From positions 113,338,001 to 113,402,000 of the forward strand of contig NC_087437.1 in assembly GCF_036321535.1 (NCBI RefSeq): a stretch of DNA of 64,000 nucleotides, given 5' to 3'. The first letter of the stretch is position 1, and each line of letters begins with the position of its first letter. This DNA is from Camelus dromedarius (taxonomy: Eukaryota). Below the pieces are notes generated by a model that saw only the letters and a program-made list of their open reading frames with translations, was not told the origin of the DNA and made no database searches. Positions 11,091-24,411 of this stretch are shown piece after piece. The translations under genes were made by a program, and so were the position numbers.

Positions 11091-14000
11091 GAATGCGATA
11101 AAAGCCACGAGGGGTTAGATAAAGTGTGGTGGAGTGAGTGATGTTAGAGTCAAAAACTGTCAGCTCAGCCAAATATTCTCAAAAAGGTAACAAAGAGAAT
11201 GAGCCGCCAGTTTTGAAAAGCGACGCCCAGCTAATCTGTTGCTGGGCAGGTCTGTGTCATCATCACCCTTAGGAGAGTAAGCTCTTTCAGTCCTGGGTTT
11301 CCCTAAACCACTGACGGAGAGCAGAATGGACCTGGTGGACAAAGCCTGTGAGAGGAAAGAAAGCCCTGGTGAAACAGAAGCCTGTAGTCCACTGTGTCTG
11401 TAGTGGACACAGACCGGGGCATCCCGGCCGGCTGGTCACTGAGCTAAGAGAGGAAAGCACAAGGTCCACCTCAAGCAAGTGGTGAAGACAAAGTTACCTG
11501 TCACTGACTTTGGAACGCAATGAGTCCTCACTGAGAGGCGGCGTCTCACGTCCCTTCAGTGACTTTGGATCCCCACCTTTATCTCTCTCCTCTCCCACTC
11601 CAGGCAGGAAAGTAAAGAGGGTGTCATGTATCTGTTTGTACCTCTCCAATCATAATACCAGCTCTTAAATAGTATGTGGGAGTACACATAAACTAGCCAC
11701 ACAAACATTATTACTCCAGATTCTTAGAACCGAAGCTCAAAGGAATTGAATGGCCTTCCCACAAGCAAACACGTAGCACATGACAAAGCAGGACATCACC
11801 CCTGGTTTCGTTCTGGAGCTGCCTCTGCTCTTTGGGACTAACGGAAACAGAGAAAGGGAAGGAACCGAAAAAAAAAAATGGTGGAGAAAGTAGAGAGGGA
11901 AAATAAAGCAGAGAAACAGAAGGGGAAAGAGAGAGGTGAGGAGATCGAGAGCAGAAAGTCAGTGGTGCTTGTGGTCCAGAGTGATGGATGATCCCAGGAA
12001 GAGCGCAAGTTACCCCAGCACAGCCAGCCCCACGGACACACTCTCACAGCCCCAGGGCCAGCACTGGGCCTGCCTCTCCGGAGGTAGAGAGCTGTCAATA
12101 TAGCAGAGTGAGATGATGGAAGCTCTCAATAAATAGGGTAAGTGTCATGCCTTCCACGTCTGAGTGCCCCTTTCTTGCCCTATCGCAGGTGACATCTTTA
12201 GTAATAAAATGTCACATGGTTCTCTCCATCTAGAAAATAGAATTTTATAGTAACTTGCATCTCTAAGAAAGGTGGATGCTGTGCCCTATGCCTTCACTGA
12301 CACACAATTAACATCAACATCAATGGTCTCTTCCAAGGGGGAAGAAGCAGAAAATGTGAGCTGTCAACAACACAGGTAGAAACTAAGCAAAACGTGCTGC
12401 TGAAGTATGAATGCAGACATTTATTTCTAAGGATGAAATCAATTAAACTTGAGGGTAATATTTTGAGAGCCATTTCACCATAAAATCAGTAGAAAATTGT
12501 AGAAGCATCCTTTGGGCATTGCTCATTGTCCTTCTTTTTTCGAGCTGTGGCATTGGGATCTAAGATTGATCCCTGCTTCCTGTTTTGGCATCTAACTCAA
12601 GAACTTTCCCTCCTCACTGGTTCAAAGGAGAGGACTTGATCGAAATCCCGGAAGGGAAAGGAACCAACATGGATAAAGAGCTACTCTCAGTGATTCCTTT
12701 TTTTTTTTTTTTAATGGGGAAAAGGGCACACAGTTTAATTACTGCATCCTACCACCTCACATTCATTTTCGTCCCAACACTTCCTTCTAGTCGGCCACGG
12801 TAATTTCCTAATACAGAAGGCGGAGAGGCACTCAGAACACCACATTTGGTTATTTTTGTTCTCAGCACTTGTCTGTCTCATATCTGATGCAACCCGGTTA
12901 TGCAAACATGCCTGTGCGCAGATAAACCAGCCTACTCATTTGCCAGGTGGGAAAGTTTCACTGTAGAGTACTTTTCCATAGCTTCCTATTTTGTTCTGGA
13001 AATTGAAGGGGGCTGTGTGCAGTAGGCTTTTGAAATAAACCAAACGCATTTCCGCACATTCTGGGAAATTATAGACATTTAGGCACATATTCAAGATAGA
13101 AGCAAATAGCCAGCTTTCTAAGTGTTTGCTTTTAGAAAGAATGAACTTTTCCAAAGTCTGCTCAGACAAGTAAACCCTTTAAATAAGCCAACTGAAAGTT
13201 TCTATTTCATTACCTCCTGTGAAATGAATGAAAATAAATGCTATGTTGTTGTTGTTTTGGTTGGTTTTAGAAAGAGGGATATTTTTCCCTACTCAAGGTT
13301 CATTCTTAAAATCCCTTCTTAAAAATCCTTGGTAATTTTTTATCTTTGTTTATAGTCCCTGTGTTGTACAATATGTCCTTGTAGCTTATTTTACACATAA
13401 TAGTTTATACCTCTTAATCCCCTAAACCCCCCTGTTATTTCTAACAGTCTTCTGGTGCTTTTTAAATCAGAAAGCCAGAGTTATAAATTAGGTTTGGGGG
13501 GAAGTATTGGAATTTGGTTACTTTGCCTTTCCAAGTTTAGAAAGGAAATTCCCTGACTTTTACATTACTCTAAGCCCTCTTTCAAAACTGCTAATACTTG
13601 CGTGGCTTTTATGTGAGTTAAGATTCTTCTGCTTGCAAGTAACCAAAATCCCTGGAGCTAGTTTACATTAAGGATGTGGGCGTCTCGTGGTAGCCAAAGG
13701 CAGGAATGCAGCCAGGCAGCTCAGGAAGGTCCCAGAAATGGACCTCAACAGCTGCCTAGAAGCCAGGCTGTCATTTTGGGCCATCGTAAGGCCATCAGAG
13801 ATAGGGGATGGGCACATAAGCAAATGGATGTCTGCTCCTGAAAGTTCAGAGCCCGAGCTTTTTCAGTGAGTGGTCATTGTCCAAAATATCTCTCTTTGTT
13901 TTGAGCTACAATGATCACTCCTATAATAGTCTCACACAATCTCCTGTGTAGCGCCAAAACCCAGGTAGAGCTGGTCTATATTCCAGTTCTGTCCCTTATT

Positions 14001-14689
14001 TATTATCTCTGTGGCCTTGGGGAAGTCACTTGACCTCTTGGAGTCTTCAAATCCTCTTGTATGGATAAGTGATGCAAATAGCTTCCTTTTAGAAGTGTTG
14101 TGTAGAAACCTTGTCCAGCCTCTGCCTGGCTCAGAGGAGGGGTTCAGAATGGAAGGATTATCATTTTACTCTTGGTTCTGGATATTCCACTTGGAGAGCC
14201 CCTTCTCCTCTGTGTTAAAGTCTTAACAAAGGGAAGCCAGGTAGATAGACCTTCCCTCTGGCCAGCTGCTCGGGCAAGAATACCAGGGCAGGGGCTAGGT
14301 CTAGGGACCAGTAAGCTATTATGATTGTTTTTAGTTCTTCTTTAGATTGCAAGATGGATGGTACGTCAATGACTTGTCCCTCTTCATACCCAGTCCATTG
14401 ACAGTCTGTCCCTGGAAGCCACCTGTGTGCTGGGCTAACCCGTCCTGAGATCCAGCTGATGTCTTTGTCTTGTTCCAATACGAGAGACTTCCCTTCAGGG
14501 GCCGGGGTGGGACATCATTGGTGCCTCTCCCAGTGTCCTCCTTCAGGGATGGTTTCTAACCACTGTGATGGGTTCCTTCTCTGGTTTTACCCTGTAGTGT
14601 AGGAGCCACATCTTATTTGCCTATGACACCGAACAGTGCCTGGTGTGTTGCATAACGTGACTTAGTGCTCATGAGCTCACCTGGAGCAA

Positions 14690-15190
14690 GGCTAAAGTGA
14701 CAGCTGTGTCTGGGAGAAGTAAAAGTAAGGGGAATTTTTTATTTTGGTGGGGGTTGTTTACAGATGGTAGAAGAAACACTAGGTTTGTATACTGATGGCA
14801 ATGACCCAGTAGACAGGGAAACTTGATGATGACCAGGTGGGGCTAGAGGGTTTCTGGAGCCATCTCTGTGCAGGTAGGAGGGGAGGGCACCTGGTGCATG
14901 AGTGGAGAGGCGGGCCCAGCTGGAAGACTGGCATCCATTCATTGTCACCATAAAAAGAAGGTAGCAAGCTGGGCACAGGTGTTGGTGGCAGGGGTGAAGT
15001 GACAGCGGGGCAGGGATGGCGAAAGTTCCCTGCAGTGGTATGATCTCCGCGGTGAAATAGGAAGCAACACCATCAGCTGAGGGGGAGGATGAGGAACACG
15101 ACGTCAAGAGTTTAAGGCAGATTAAGAAAATGTGAAGAAGTCCCCCAGGAATGAGGGAGAGTGAATGGACTAGGGACATGGTGGAGGATT
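14690..15190 (-). mobile_element. L2 fragment
   Basis: atggcaatgacccagtagacagggaaac, gaaataggaagcaacaccatcagctgaggg. Confidence 0.5.
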
Positions 15191-15870
15191 CCACATACAC
15201 TCTTATGCAGTAAGAGTATAACATACGTAAATTACAAGACATAAATCCATGTATGTGATTACAACATATACATATGCATTATCAAATATAAACAAATATG
15301 ATATTTATGTACAATATGCATAACATAATGTAACATATACTACAAAATGATTACAATCAATAATATAATATACACTGTATATAACATGGTATATGAATAT
15401 ATGTTCACCCATCATAAGGGTCGTATAGAAATACATGCAGATCATGTATGTAATAACATATTACTAAGCTGTGTGTATTATTATATACACTTTAAAATAT
15501 TTATCTGTGAATTACCCGTCTCCCCAGCTCTTCATAATATGCAATACACATTAAAAATGTACACAGAAACAGGAATTTTTAAAGTATAAGAATAGAGAAA
15601 TAAACACAAATTTAAATGTTTCCTGTGTTTTTATTATCATCTCTAGCTTGGAAGATCAAGGAAGGCAAAGTCTTTTTCTATCAGCAATCAAAAATACTCT
15701 GTTTTCTCAAAAACCTTCTGTTCCTCTGAATTACTTTTGACAGTGTCTTAGTGAGAGTGATGTGATTAAATACGCTTCATTCTTTTGGAAAATCATAGTG
15801 AGTGTTGTGCACTCTGCTTATTAAATCAGAGTACTCATTTTTCAACCCCACCTGCCAAATATGCAAAGGT

Positions 15871-15871
<1 letters not shown>

Positions 15872-15927
<56 letters not shown>
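15872..15927. repeat. (TAT)n microsatellite, ~18 perfect units
   Basis: Seen directly. Confidence 0.95.
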
Positions 15928-15928
<1 letters not shown>

Positions 15929-16702
15929 GCAGTTAGTACATTTCCATGCTCCGTGATGTTGGTAAATGGTTCTTGCAAATTAATTGCAAGTTACTTGTTT
16001 TTATGTGCTTCACAAATGGGTTTTAAAATCCAGGGGATCACTTGGAAGCTTTTTAACAGGTTAGAGAATGGTGTCTCCAGTTATAAAGTGTGAGATATGA
16101 GAGCTTTTATAGATTCACACATCATTTGTTGGCAGTAAAATCACTTAATGACAGAAACCTTTCCAAACTTCTGTTTTCACCGTGTTTTCACCCTACCACA
16201 CGTTTCTGGCAGAAAGCGGTCACTTGCTCACTCGCTGTGAAATGTCCCCTTGACCCTGAAGGGGTGGGTTAGGTTTGTTTATTTATTTACTTAAAACTTC
16301 CACCAAGGCTCAGACTTCATAAGTGGGCTGGTGGTTGCTCATACCTGGAGTGGAAACGTGCCAGCCCTCCCCCTACCTGCCGTCCACCTCTGTTTGCTTC
16401 CTGAGAAGTGTCTTCATGCCATGGTTTAGTGGGCAGCTTCGTAAGGCACTTGTCCATTTTCTTGAGGATTTATTTAGCTTAAAACTAGACAATATAACCT
16501 GTAAATTTTCCTAATGGGTATTTGGGACCTGCAATAACAGCGAAATTCTGGAATCAAGGAAAATGTGAGGAGTGGCATCAACCCACATCACCTGGAGCTC
16601 CAGATGTCCCATCAGGGTGCCTGGTGCAACCCCACCAGTCTGGCTCCAGCAGGGAGGGTGGGCACCTGGGTCACCCCACATAGTAGAGTGGCAGGAAATG
16701 AT

Positions 16703-16956
<254 letters not shown>

Positions 16957-17071
16957 AACCAATAAAACAGAAATCCTAACATTTTCACTCACTCCGGTGA
17001 GTGACCTTGAACCAGCAGGGCAACTACACAGAACGGGCAAGACTCCACCAAGGACAGCTCCTTACACTTAG

Positions 17072-17075
<4 letters not shown>

Positions 17076-17106
<31 letters not shown>
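17076..17106. repeat. (TC)n microsatellite
   Basis: Seen directly. Confidence 0.95.
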
Positions 17107-17109
<3 letters not shown>

Positions 17110-17359
17110 CCAGGGCTGAGCTTCCGGCTGTGGGGCTTCCTGGGCTTTACGTGAGTTCTGCCCTCTCCACCTTCCCAGCCTATCAGTGGGGTCAGAAACA
17201 TAGGCTAGTCTCCAAAGAACATTTCACATTCAAAGGGCCAGAATGCGAGTTTTCACTTTTCTCACCCAATCTGCTCACCCCACTCTGTCCTGTTCAATCT
17301 GCCTGGTCACCAGGGAGGAAGCCAGGAATCCCATAGACTGCTCCCTCTACCTCCTTCAA

Positions 17360-17513
17360 TTTTTTTTATTTTTTAAATTTATTACTTTCCTGTTGTTGCT
17401 TTCTTTGTTTTTAGGGAGGAGGGTTAATTAGGTTGGTTTATTTATTTATTTATTTTAATGGAGTACCTTGCACATGCTAAGCATGTGCTCTCCTGCTGAG
17501 CTGCACCCTCCCC
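17360..17513 (-). mobile_element. Camelid tRNA-derived SINE with internal deletion
   Basis: catgctaagcatgtgctctcctgctgagctgcaccctcccc is the reverse of the SINE head; T-rich tail on the left. Confidence 0.75.
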
Positions 17514-18086
17514 ACTGCTCCCCGACCTGACCCATCCCCACCCCAGACAACCAGTCCCCAAGCCAATCTTCCTGCTGAATCGTCCTGCCACCCCGGCTAA
17601 GTTTACCCACTTACCTCTCTTCCACCTCCAGGCTCTTCGTTCAGGACCCCAGCATTTCTTGTGTGGCTCACCCAAGCTGCTTCGTAACTGAGTCCCTGCT
17701 CCAAGTCCCCCACTCCGGTCCCCTCTCTTCTTAGATGACAAGATGGGTGCCCTCCAGTGTCTTCCAGGAAGTTCCCAGGAGCAGAGCTGAGGACTTGGCT
17801 CAGTTCCTCCTTTTCCATTCATGGTTGAATTAATCATCAAAAACTTCCAAGGGGAAGGAGTCCAAGTAAGGATCATCAAATTCCCCTCCCTCACCCCTCC
17901 CCGTCAAGGTCTGTGCTCCCCTGTCCTTGCAACCCCTACTGTGATGCCCTATTTATCACTTTTATCAAATACAAGGGTCATACTGCATTATAGCACTTAA
18001 CTGTCTTTCCTCTCCACTACACTGACAGCCCCCTGAGGACAGGAACAGTGTGGGGGTGGGTATCCTTGGCCCCTGCATAATGCCAG

Positions 18087-18925
18087 GAAACTTACGTTCA
18101 CATAAAAACCTGCACACAAGTGCTGATAGCAGTGTTATTCATAATTTCCAAAACTTGGAAGTCACCAAAATGCTCTTCAATAGTTGAGTGAATAAAGAAA
18201 CATCCAAACAATGGAATATTATTCAGTAGTAAGAAGAAATGAACTATCTAGCCACACACACACACACACACACACGAAACTTAAACGCATATTGCTAAGT
18301 GAAGGAAATCAATCTGAAAAGACTACATATTGTATCACTCCAACTATACAACATACCAGAAAAGGCAAAACTATGGAGACAGTAAAAGGATCAGTGGTTG
18401 CCAGGGGTTAGTGGGGGAGGGGCTGGAGATGAACAGGCAGAGCACGGGGGATGTTCAGGGCAATTAAATTATTCTGGGCAGAACGGTATAGCTCAGTGGT
18501 AGAGTGCATACCTTAGCGTGTACGAGGTCTTGGGTTCAGTCCTCAGTACCTTTGTTAAAAATAAATAAATAAATAAACAAAATAAACCTAATTACTTCCT
18601 CCACCAAAAACCAACCAACCAACCAATTATTCTGTATGATGCTGTAATGGTGCATACATGTTATTAAACATTTTTCACAACTCATAGAATGTACCATACA
18701 GAGTAAATCCCAATGCTAAGTGTGAAATTTAGTTAATAATAATGTATCATATTGACTCATCGTTAGTAACAAATGGACTTCACCAACACAGGAGGGTAAC
18801 AATAGGGGAAAATTGTGCTGTGTGGGGGTTATGACGTGATAAAAGGGGACTCTCAGAACTTTCTGCTCAACTTCTCTGGAAACCTAGAACTGACCTAAAA
18901 AAACAGTCTACTAATTCTTTTAAAA
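18087..18925 (+). mobile_element. Old L1 (L1MB/MC-like) 3' region, interrupted by a SINE and (CA)n
   Basis: acaatggaatattattcag, aaaggcaaaactatggagacagtaaaaggatcagtggttgccagggg. Confidence 0.8.
18477..18624 (+). mobile_element. Camelid tRNA-derived SINE nested in an L1
   Basis: ggtatagctcagtggtagag (A box) and gggttcagtcc (B box); perfect TSD AATTATTCTG 18467-18476 / 18625-18634. Confidence 0.9.
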
Positions 18926-19162
18926 ATTGCCTAATAATATGGCCACAATATACCTGATTTAAAGCAAGAAAGCCAAGGAAACTTGCTGGAACACACTAGT
19001 GGCAAATTGTACCTCTCCAGAATAATGTTGGAGAACATGTGTTAAAAGAATGATTTAGCTTTAGAGTAGCTCTCCCTTCTTAAACATTCTTAGAACAAAT
19101 TGGTGCCTCTGTTGGGGAGGCTCCTAGCAAGTTGCAGGGTAAGGGACAGCAAGCTGTGGAAA

Positions 19163-19180
19163 CACTGCCACCTAGTGGTC
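19163..19180 (-). promoter_or_regulatory. CTCF motif (reverse orientation)
   Basis: Reverse complement GACCACTAGGTGGCAGTG matches the CTCF core CCASYAGRKGGCRS. Confidence 0.65.
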
Positions 19181-20058
19181 AAAGACAGACGGTCCAAAGC
19201 TTGGCTTAATGCTTTGCACAGGTCACATTCTGTGATGTTCTCACTAACACCTGGGAAGGGCCCACATCCCTTTATAAAAGTTGGGAAAGAGAAGACATGG
19301 GGGGAAGGGGAAAGTAAATGAGAAGGAGAAGGAGGGCTGGGCTGCCCACGTGGTCAGGTACCTTTTCAATCAAACAGACCGACCTAGGCAGGAGGATCAG
19401 ATCTGGAGAACCCAGAAGGTTCTGACACAGATAAGAGTGATTGAAAAGGCACTGCAGGATCTGTTTGCTAAAAAAAAATCTCTGCCACGTAGGACAGCTC
19501 GGACGCCCTGCCTGACGGTGAATCCCGCAGGATGTGAGCACCCAAATGGCAGGGCCGCCCCTCACTCCGCGGGTCTCCAGTGAGCACCTGTCCTGGGCCA
19601 GGCACTCCCATGGGCGCTTGTGGGAAATGTTATACCCGGAGACTTCCCATGGCATCTGGAAACAGGCAGCCTTCTAGCCCCTCTTCCTGGGTGCAAAGAG
19701 ATGTATCCCATTGACTAGGAAACGGAAGCAGGAATGGATTCTTTGATGGGAGGCTCTGGAGGTGGAGGGGGAGCCCAGGGCTCCTGGCCCTGAGAATGCT
19801 TAGAAGGATGCCAATTACCAGGTGCAGGGGAGACCTACAGGGCAAGAAGCTGGGTGGGGAGTGAAAATAAGAGTTAGCCACTCCCTGACTTTGCTTTAGG
19901 TCTGCGATGACAGCAGAATTAGCAGCCCCTGGTGAAACATGTGAGCTGGCGAATGGGTGGCCAATTCTAGGCCACTTTACTTCCCACGGAGGAAAATTCC
20001 TATTATGAAGGGACTCCAGGCAGAGTTTCAGCCTCTGTTGCTCCTTCCCTGATTATCC

Positions 20059-20508
20059 TGTATGTCAGTTCCCACAGATGCTGAAATGAAGTCCCACACC
20101 CTGGGAGGCTTACAACAGCAGGAATGGACTTTCTCACAGTTCTGGGGGCCAGAAGTCTGAGATCCAGGGGTCAGTAGGGCCACGCCCCGTCTGGAGCTCG
20201 AGGAGAGCATCTTCCTTGCCTCTTGTGGCTTCCAGTGCCTCCAGGTGCTCCTTGGCTTGTGGCTGCATCACTCCAATCTCTGCCTCAATCTTCACTTGGT
20301 CTTCTCCTCTGTGTGTCTCTGTCTCTAAATCTCTCTCTCCTGTAAGGACACCAGTCATTGAATGAAGGCTCCCGAATCTCGTATGACCTTATCTTAACTT
20401 GATTACATCTGCAAAGACCCTGTTTCTAAATAAGGTCACGCTCACAGGTGCTGAGAGTTAGGACTTCAACATTCTTTTGGGGAGGGGGTCAACTTACCAC
20501 CCACAACA
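20059..20508 (-). mobile_element. MaLR LTR (MLT1B/C-like)
   Basis: ctcacagttctggggg.cagaagtctgagatc, taaggacaccagtcattg, gattacatctgcaaagaccct. Confidence 0.8.
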
Positions 20509-21124
20509 GCCTGCCTGAGGTACCATATAGAATAACCCACCGGCAGTTGCATCCCTTCCCTGGGAACCAGAGCTGCGTTTGGTCTGGTGTGTCTATGACC
20601 TTGGGTTCCTTTGAGTTAGGGGGAATCTCTGCTCGGCTATTTCTGCCCCAATAAAGGGCCAGCTGTTGGAAGTCGGCTTGTCTATAGCTTCCCCGATACA
20701 CTGTTGATAGCAGGATGGATTCTTACAGAACAGTAATGGTGGGTGATGCCATTCTGCTCACAAATGCTGGATGCATTCAGGGAACGGGGGCTGAGATTCC
20801 ACCCAAAGCCACTCCTCCACTGCAGGTGACAAGTTTGAACAGCACATTCTCCGCCCCAGAGTACAAGCAGGTACTCTGCCTTGGAACAAGTTGACAGTGG
20901 TCCTACCACTTCTGGGGCTCCCACATGGAGGAATTTTCATGGTCCCTGGATCTGTAAGCAAACACAAAAGAGGATTTCTAACTAAAAGCAGGCCAGGCCC
21001 ACCAGCATGTCTCATTCTGCTGCTTTGTTTATCTCCGTAACGCTTATCACCATGTTCTGTAGTAGCTTGTTTATTTATCATGTTGTGAAGATTTACAATG
21101 ACTTTTCTGCCTATGCCCCTGCAT

Positions 21125-21912
21125 CTCTTCCTATGGTTGCTGTAACAAATCACATTGCCTGAAAACAGCACTTAATCAGGACCTAAAACAGTATTTTGAA
21201 AATTTAAGATATATTATCTGATAGTTCTAGGGTCCAAGTCCAAAACAGGTCTTACTGGGTGTCACTGAAATCCACGTGTTAGCCAGGTTGCATCCCTTTT
21301 TGGAGGCAGAATCTGTGTTCATCTTCTTCTTCTTTCTGTTTAATTGAAGTACAGTCAGTTACAATGTGTCGATTTCTGGCGCACAGCACAGTGTCTCAGT
21401 CATGCATATGCATACATACATTCCTTTTCATATTCTTTTTCATTATAGGTTACTACAAGATATTGATATAGTTCCCTGTGCTCTACAGAAGAAATTTGTT
21501 TTTTATCTATTTTATATATAGTAGTGAATAATCGCAACTCTCGAGCTCCTTCCCGCCCCCTTCCCCCCAGTAAGAATCTGTGTTCTTGTCTTTTCCAGCT
21601 TCAAGGGGCTGCCTGCAGCTCTTGGCTTGTGGCCCTTTTCCATCTTCAAAGCCAGAAATTGCATCGCTCTGACTTTTTTTTTCTGCTCTGACTTTTGCCT
21701 CCATCATTTTGCCTTTCTCTTTCCGAGTGACACTGCTGCTTCCCTCTTTGACCGTCTTGGCACACCTGTTACTACCTCGGCCCTCTCTGGATAACATAAT
21801 ATAGTCTCTTTATTTAAAAGTCAGCTGATCAGCAACTTTCATTTCCTCTGCCACCTTAGTTCCTGGAAGTGGGTATGAGCATCTTTGGGGGACCAGTATT
21901 CCATCTACCACA
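21125..21912 (-). mobile_element. MaLR LTR (MLT1-type) interrupted by an L1
   Basis: ggttgctgtaacaaat.., ttttccagcttcaaggggctgcc, catctttggggg..tattccatctaccaca. Confidence 0.7.
21321..21572 (-). mobile_element. Short L1 3' fragment inserted into an MLT1 LTR
   Basis: L1 3' end motif ttcatattctttttcattataggttactacaag; perfect 13-bp TSD AGAATCTGTGTTC 21308-21320 / 21573-21585. Confidence 0.88.
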
Positions 21913-21924
21913 GCCTCATCCCTC

Positions 21925-21988
21925 AGGAGTGAACCCAGGACATCGTGCATGCTAAGCATGTGCTCTACCACTGAGCTCGACCCTCCCC
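21925..21988 (-). mobile_element. Camelid SINE head fragment
   Basis: gaacccaggacatcgtgcatgctaagcatgtgctctaccactgagct. Confidence 0.75.
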
Positions 21989-23319
21989 CTTCCCCATTTA
22001 ACTATTGTGCTGCTTATTCATAACTCATAGGTGTGGAAGGGCCACTCCAGGTGTTCTGTCACTGGAGGCAGAGGTTCCAGGGCTGTGCAACTTCCCGATT
22101 CCAGAGCCTGCTGCTGGACTTGAAAGAGGCAGCTCTCCTGGTGGGTTAATTCTCTGAGTTGTTCTTCGGGGCCCCATCTACCACCTGCTTCTCTAGCGCT
22201 TCTGAAGGTTTTGTAAGCACATAAATCTGATATTACATCTATTTCTGCTCTAAATAACGAGACTGGGTCCTACATCTGTAAGGGGATCCTGCCTGAAACA
22301 GGCAGGAACTCTCACACCCACAGTTGGACGTGGGATGATGAACAGCCACCCTGGGCCGTGGAGGTTGTAAGGGCTCCCCCTGGTGTCTGAACCCAGGTAT
22401 GCCGCAGAGAGGCAGGATGGTGACAGGGAGCATGTTTACAAAGTGGTTTGGTTCCTGAAGACACAGTGGACCGGTGGTGAGAGTAGGAGGATGAGTCATG
22501 GAGGGAAGGCAAGAGAGTGGGGTCGAGAAACCTTGTGGATGAATGACCACGGGCGTGCAGGTTAGCAAGCTGACTTAGTAGGATTGTAATGTGAGGCCAG
22601 GCAGCGTCATGGGCACCCGGACAAAGCATCCTTCTGGACTAGGCCGACTTGGGTTTTGATGAGAGGCCTGGTGACATCTGCTCTGGGTTTCGTATGGAAT
22701 ATTGATGCAAAGTTGTTTTTGTCTTTCCCAGTTTCCCCAGGAGCTGGCAGGTGGTGGTGGAGTGACCATAGTGGAGTCGGGGGCTGGCAGCCCTCTTTCA
22801 GAGACACACAGCTTGGAAATTCCCAGAAGCCTGCAATCGTGGGCTGAAGAGCACCACGCCCTCCCCAGACCCTGGAGGAATTCGCAGGGCTCTACCTGCG
22901 GGCTCAAGGACGCGGAGAGAGAATTCCGAAGGAAAATATTCAAACCCACCCACACCAACCAGGAGCTGATGTAACAGGTCAGAACACCCGAGGGCAGGTG
23001 GACTTGACTGTTCCTCTGATGGGAAAGCCCAGGAGTTTTGTCACCTTCTGATGGCCCCAGACCAGACACCTCAGTTGTGTTTGCAGCAGAACTCAAATAA
23101 CCCTAGGTGTGAGAGGGAAGATGCCTCCAGTTAGAGTATATCAATGACTGGTGAAGGTAACACTCTATTGAGTTGTTGGGGCCACCGTGAGATTTCCATA
23201 GTGTTAATGTTGATGAAACATGCTATGGTGCAAGTTTGAAAAAAAAAATGAAGTTATAGCTTTTGACAAAGCTCACTTTCTCCCCATCAGAAAACTGGTA
23301 CCTAAGGCAGGATTTATTG

Positions 23320-23485
23320 AATTAGATGCAGTGACCGAATACACCTGATTTACTAGGGATCCATGCTAAACATTCTGATTCCTGGGCTTAACCCAGACTT
23401 ACTGAGTTGGAATCGCTGGGGATGCGCATTTATAGGCGTCTCAGATGATCCTGATTCACACTCAAGTCTGGAAGTCACTGGTCTT
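23320..23485. mobile_element. MER5A-like MITE
   Basis: tgattcctgggc..cccagacttactgag..agatgatcctgattcacactcaagtctgggaagtcactg. Confidence 0.6.
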
Positions 23486-23889
23486 AGGCGTTCATCAGAA
23501 TAATATAATTACGGATCTTTTCATACCTGTCTCAAGATGTTTTCCAAGAGACCTGAGGAATGGTGGAGTAAGCCTGGGCAGTCATGACAGACTGTTTCCT
23601 CCAGGGCCTCTGCTGGGTCAGCTGTCTGGACAGGAAGCACACCCGTTCCTACACACACCCGTCCACAGCTTGAAAGAGAGCACTAGCACATCCTACGCCA
23701 TCACAGATCTTAAAGGAAGTACATACGCTTGTATTTATACCCCACCTTATTCCAATGGGATTGAAGATGTTCGGTTTATCGCAGTAGATTATATAAACTT
23801 CACTTAAAAATAAAAACTCTAATCTACTTTTCTTTCTTTCTTTTTTCCCCTCAATACCTTCATTTTGGAGTTCTAGCCTCCAGAATTCT

Positions 23890-24185
23890 GAGAGAATACA
23901 TTTCTATTTTTTTTAACTGCAGTCAAATACACATAACATAATATTTATAATTTTAACCATGGGTAAGTATACCCTCCATTGACATTAAGTGTGACAATGT
24001 TGTGTAACCATCACCATGATCTGGACCTAAAACTTTTTCAACATCCCCAACATACACTCTATATCCATTAAATGTAAATCTCTCTCTGGTTCTTCCCCCA
24101 GCTCCTGATAACCTCTATTCTCCTTTCTGTCCTGTTAATTTGACTATTCAAGGTACCTCATATAAGTGGAATCCTACAATATTTC
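23890..24185 (-). mobile_element. Old L1 3' fragment
   Basis: caatgttgtgtaaccatcacca, ggtacctcatataagtggaatc. Confidence 0.75.
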
Positions 24186-24194
24186 CAGATGAAG

Positions 24195-24411
24195 CAATCA
24201 GGTAGGATCCCCTCTTCCTCTGCCTTCCCTTCTATTCAGGCCCTCAGTGGATTGGGTGATGTCCAGCCACATTGGGAAGGGCCATCTGCTCTACTGAGTC
24301 CACGGATTCAAATGCTAATCTTACTTGAAAATCACTCACAGACATATCCAGAAATAACATTAATCTGGGCGCCCTATGGCGAGTCAACCCACATATAAGA
24401 TTAACCATCAC
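24195..24411 (+). mobile_element. MLT2 (ERVL) LTR 3' fragment
   Basis: tctattcaggccctca.tggattgg, ctactgagtccac.gattcaaatgctaatc, ..ttaaccatcaca; strand uncertain. Confidence 0.65.

Noticed and set aside
18477..18552. tRNA-like sequences (also at 4631, 34366 and 49752)
   Set aside because: SINE heads with A-rich tails and TSDs, not intact cloverleaf tRNA genes.
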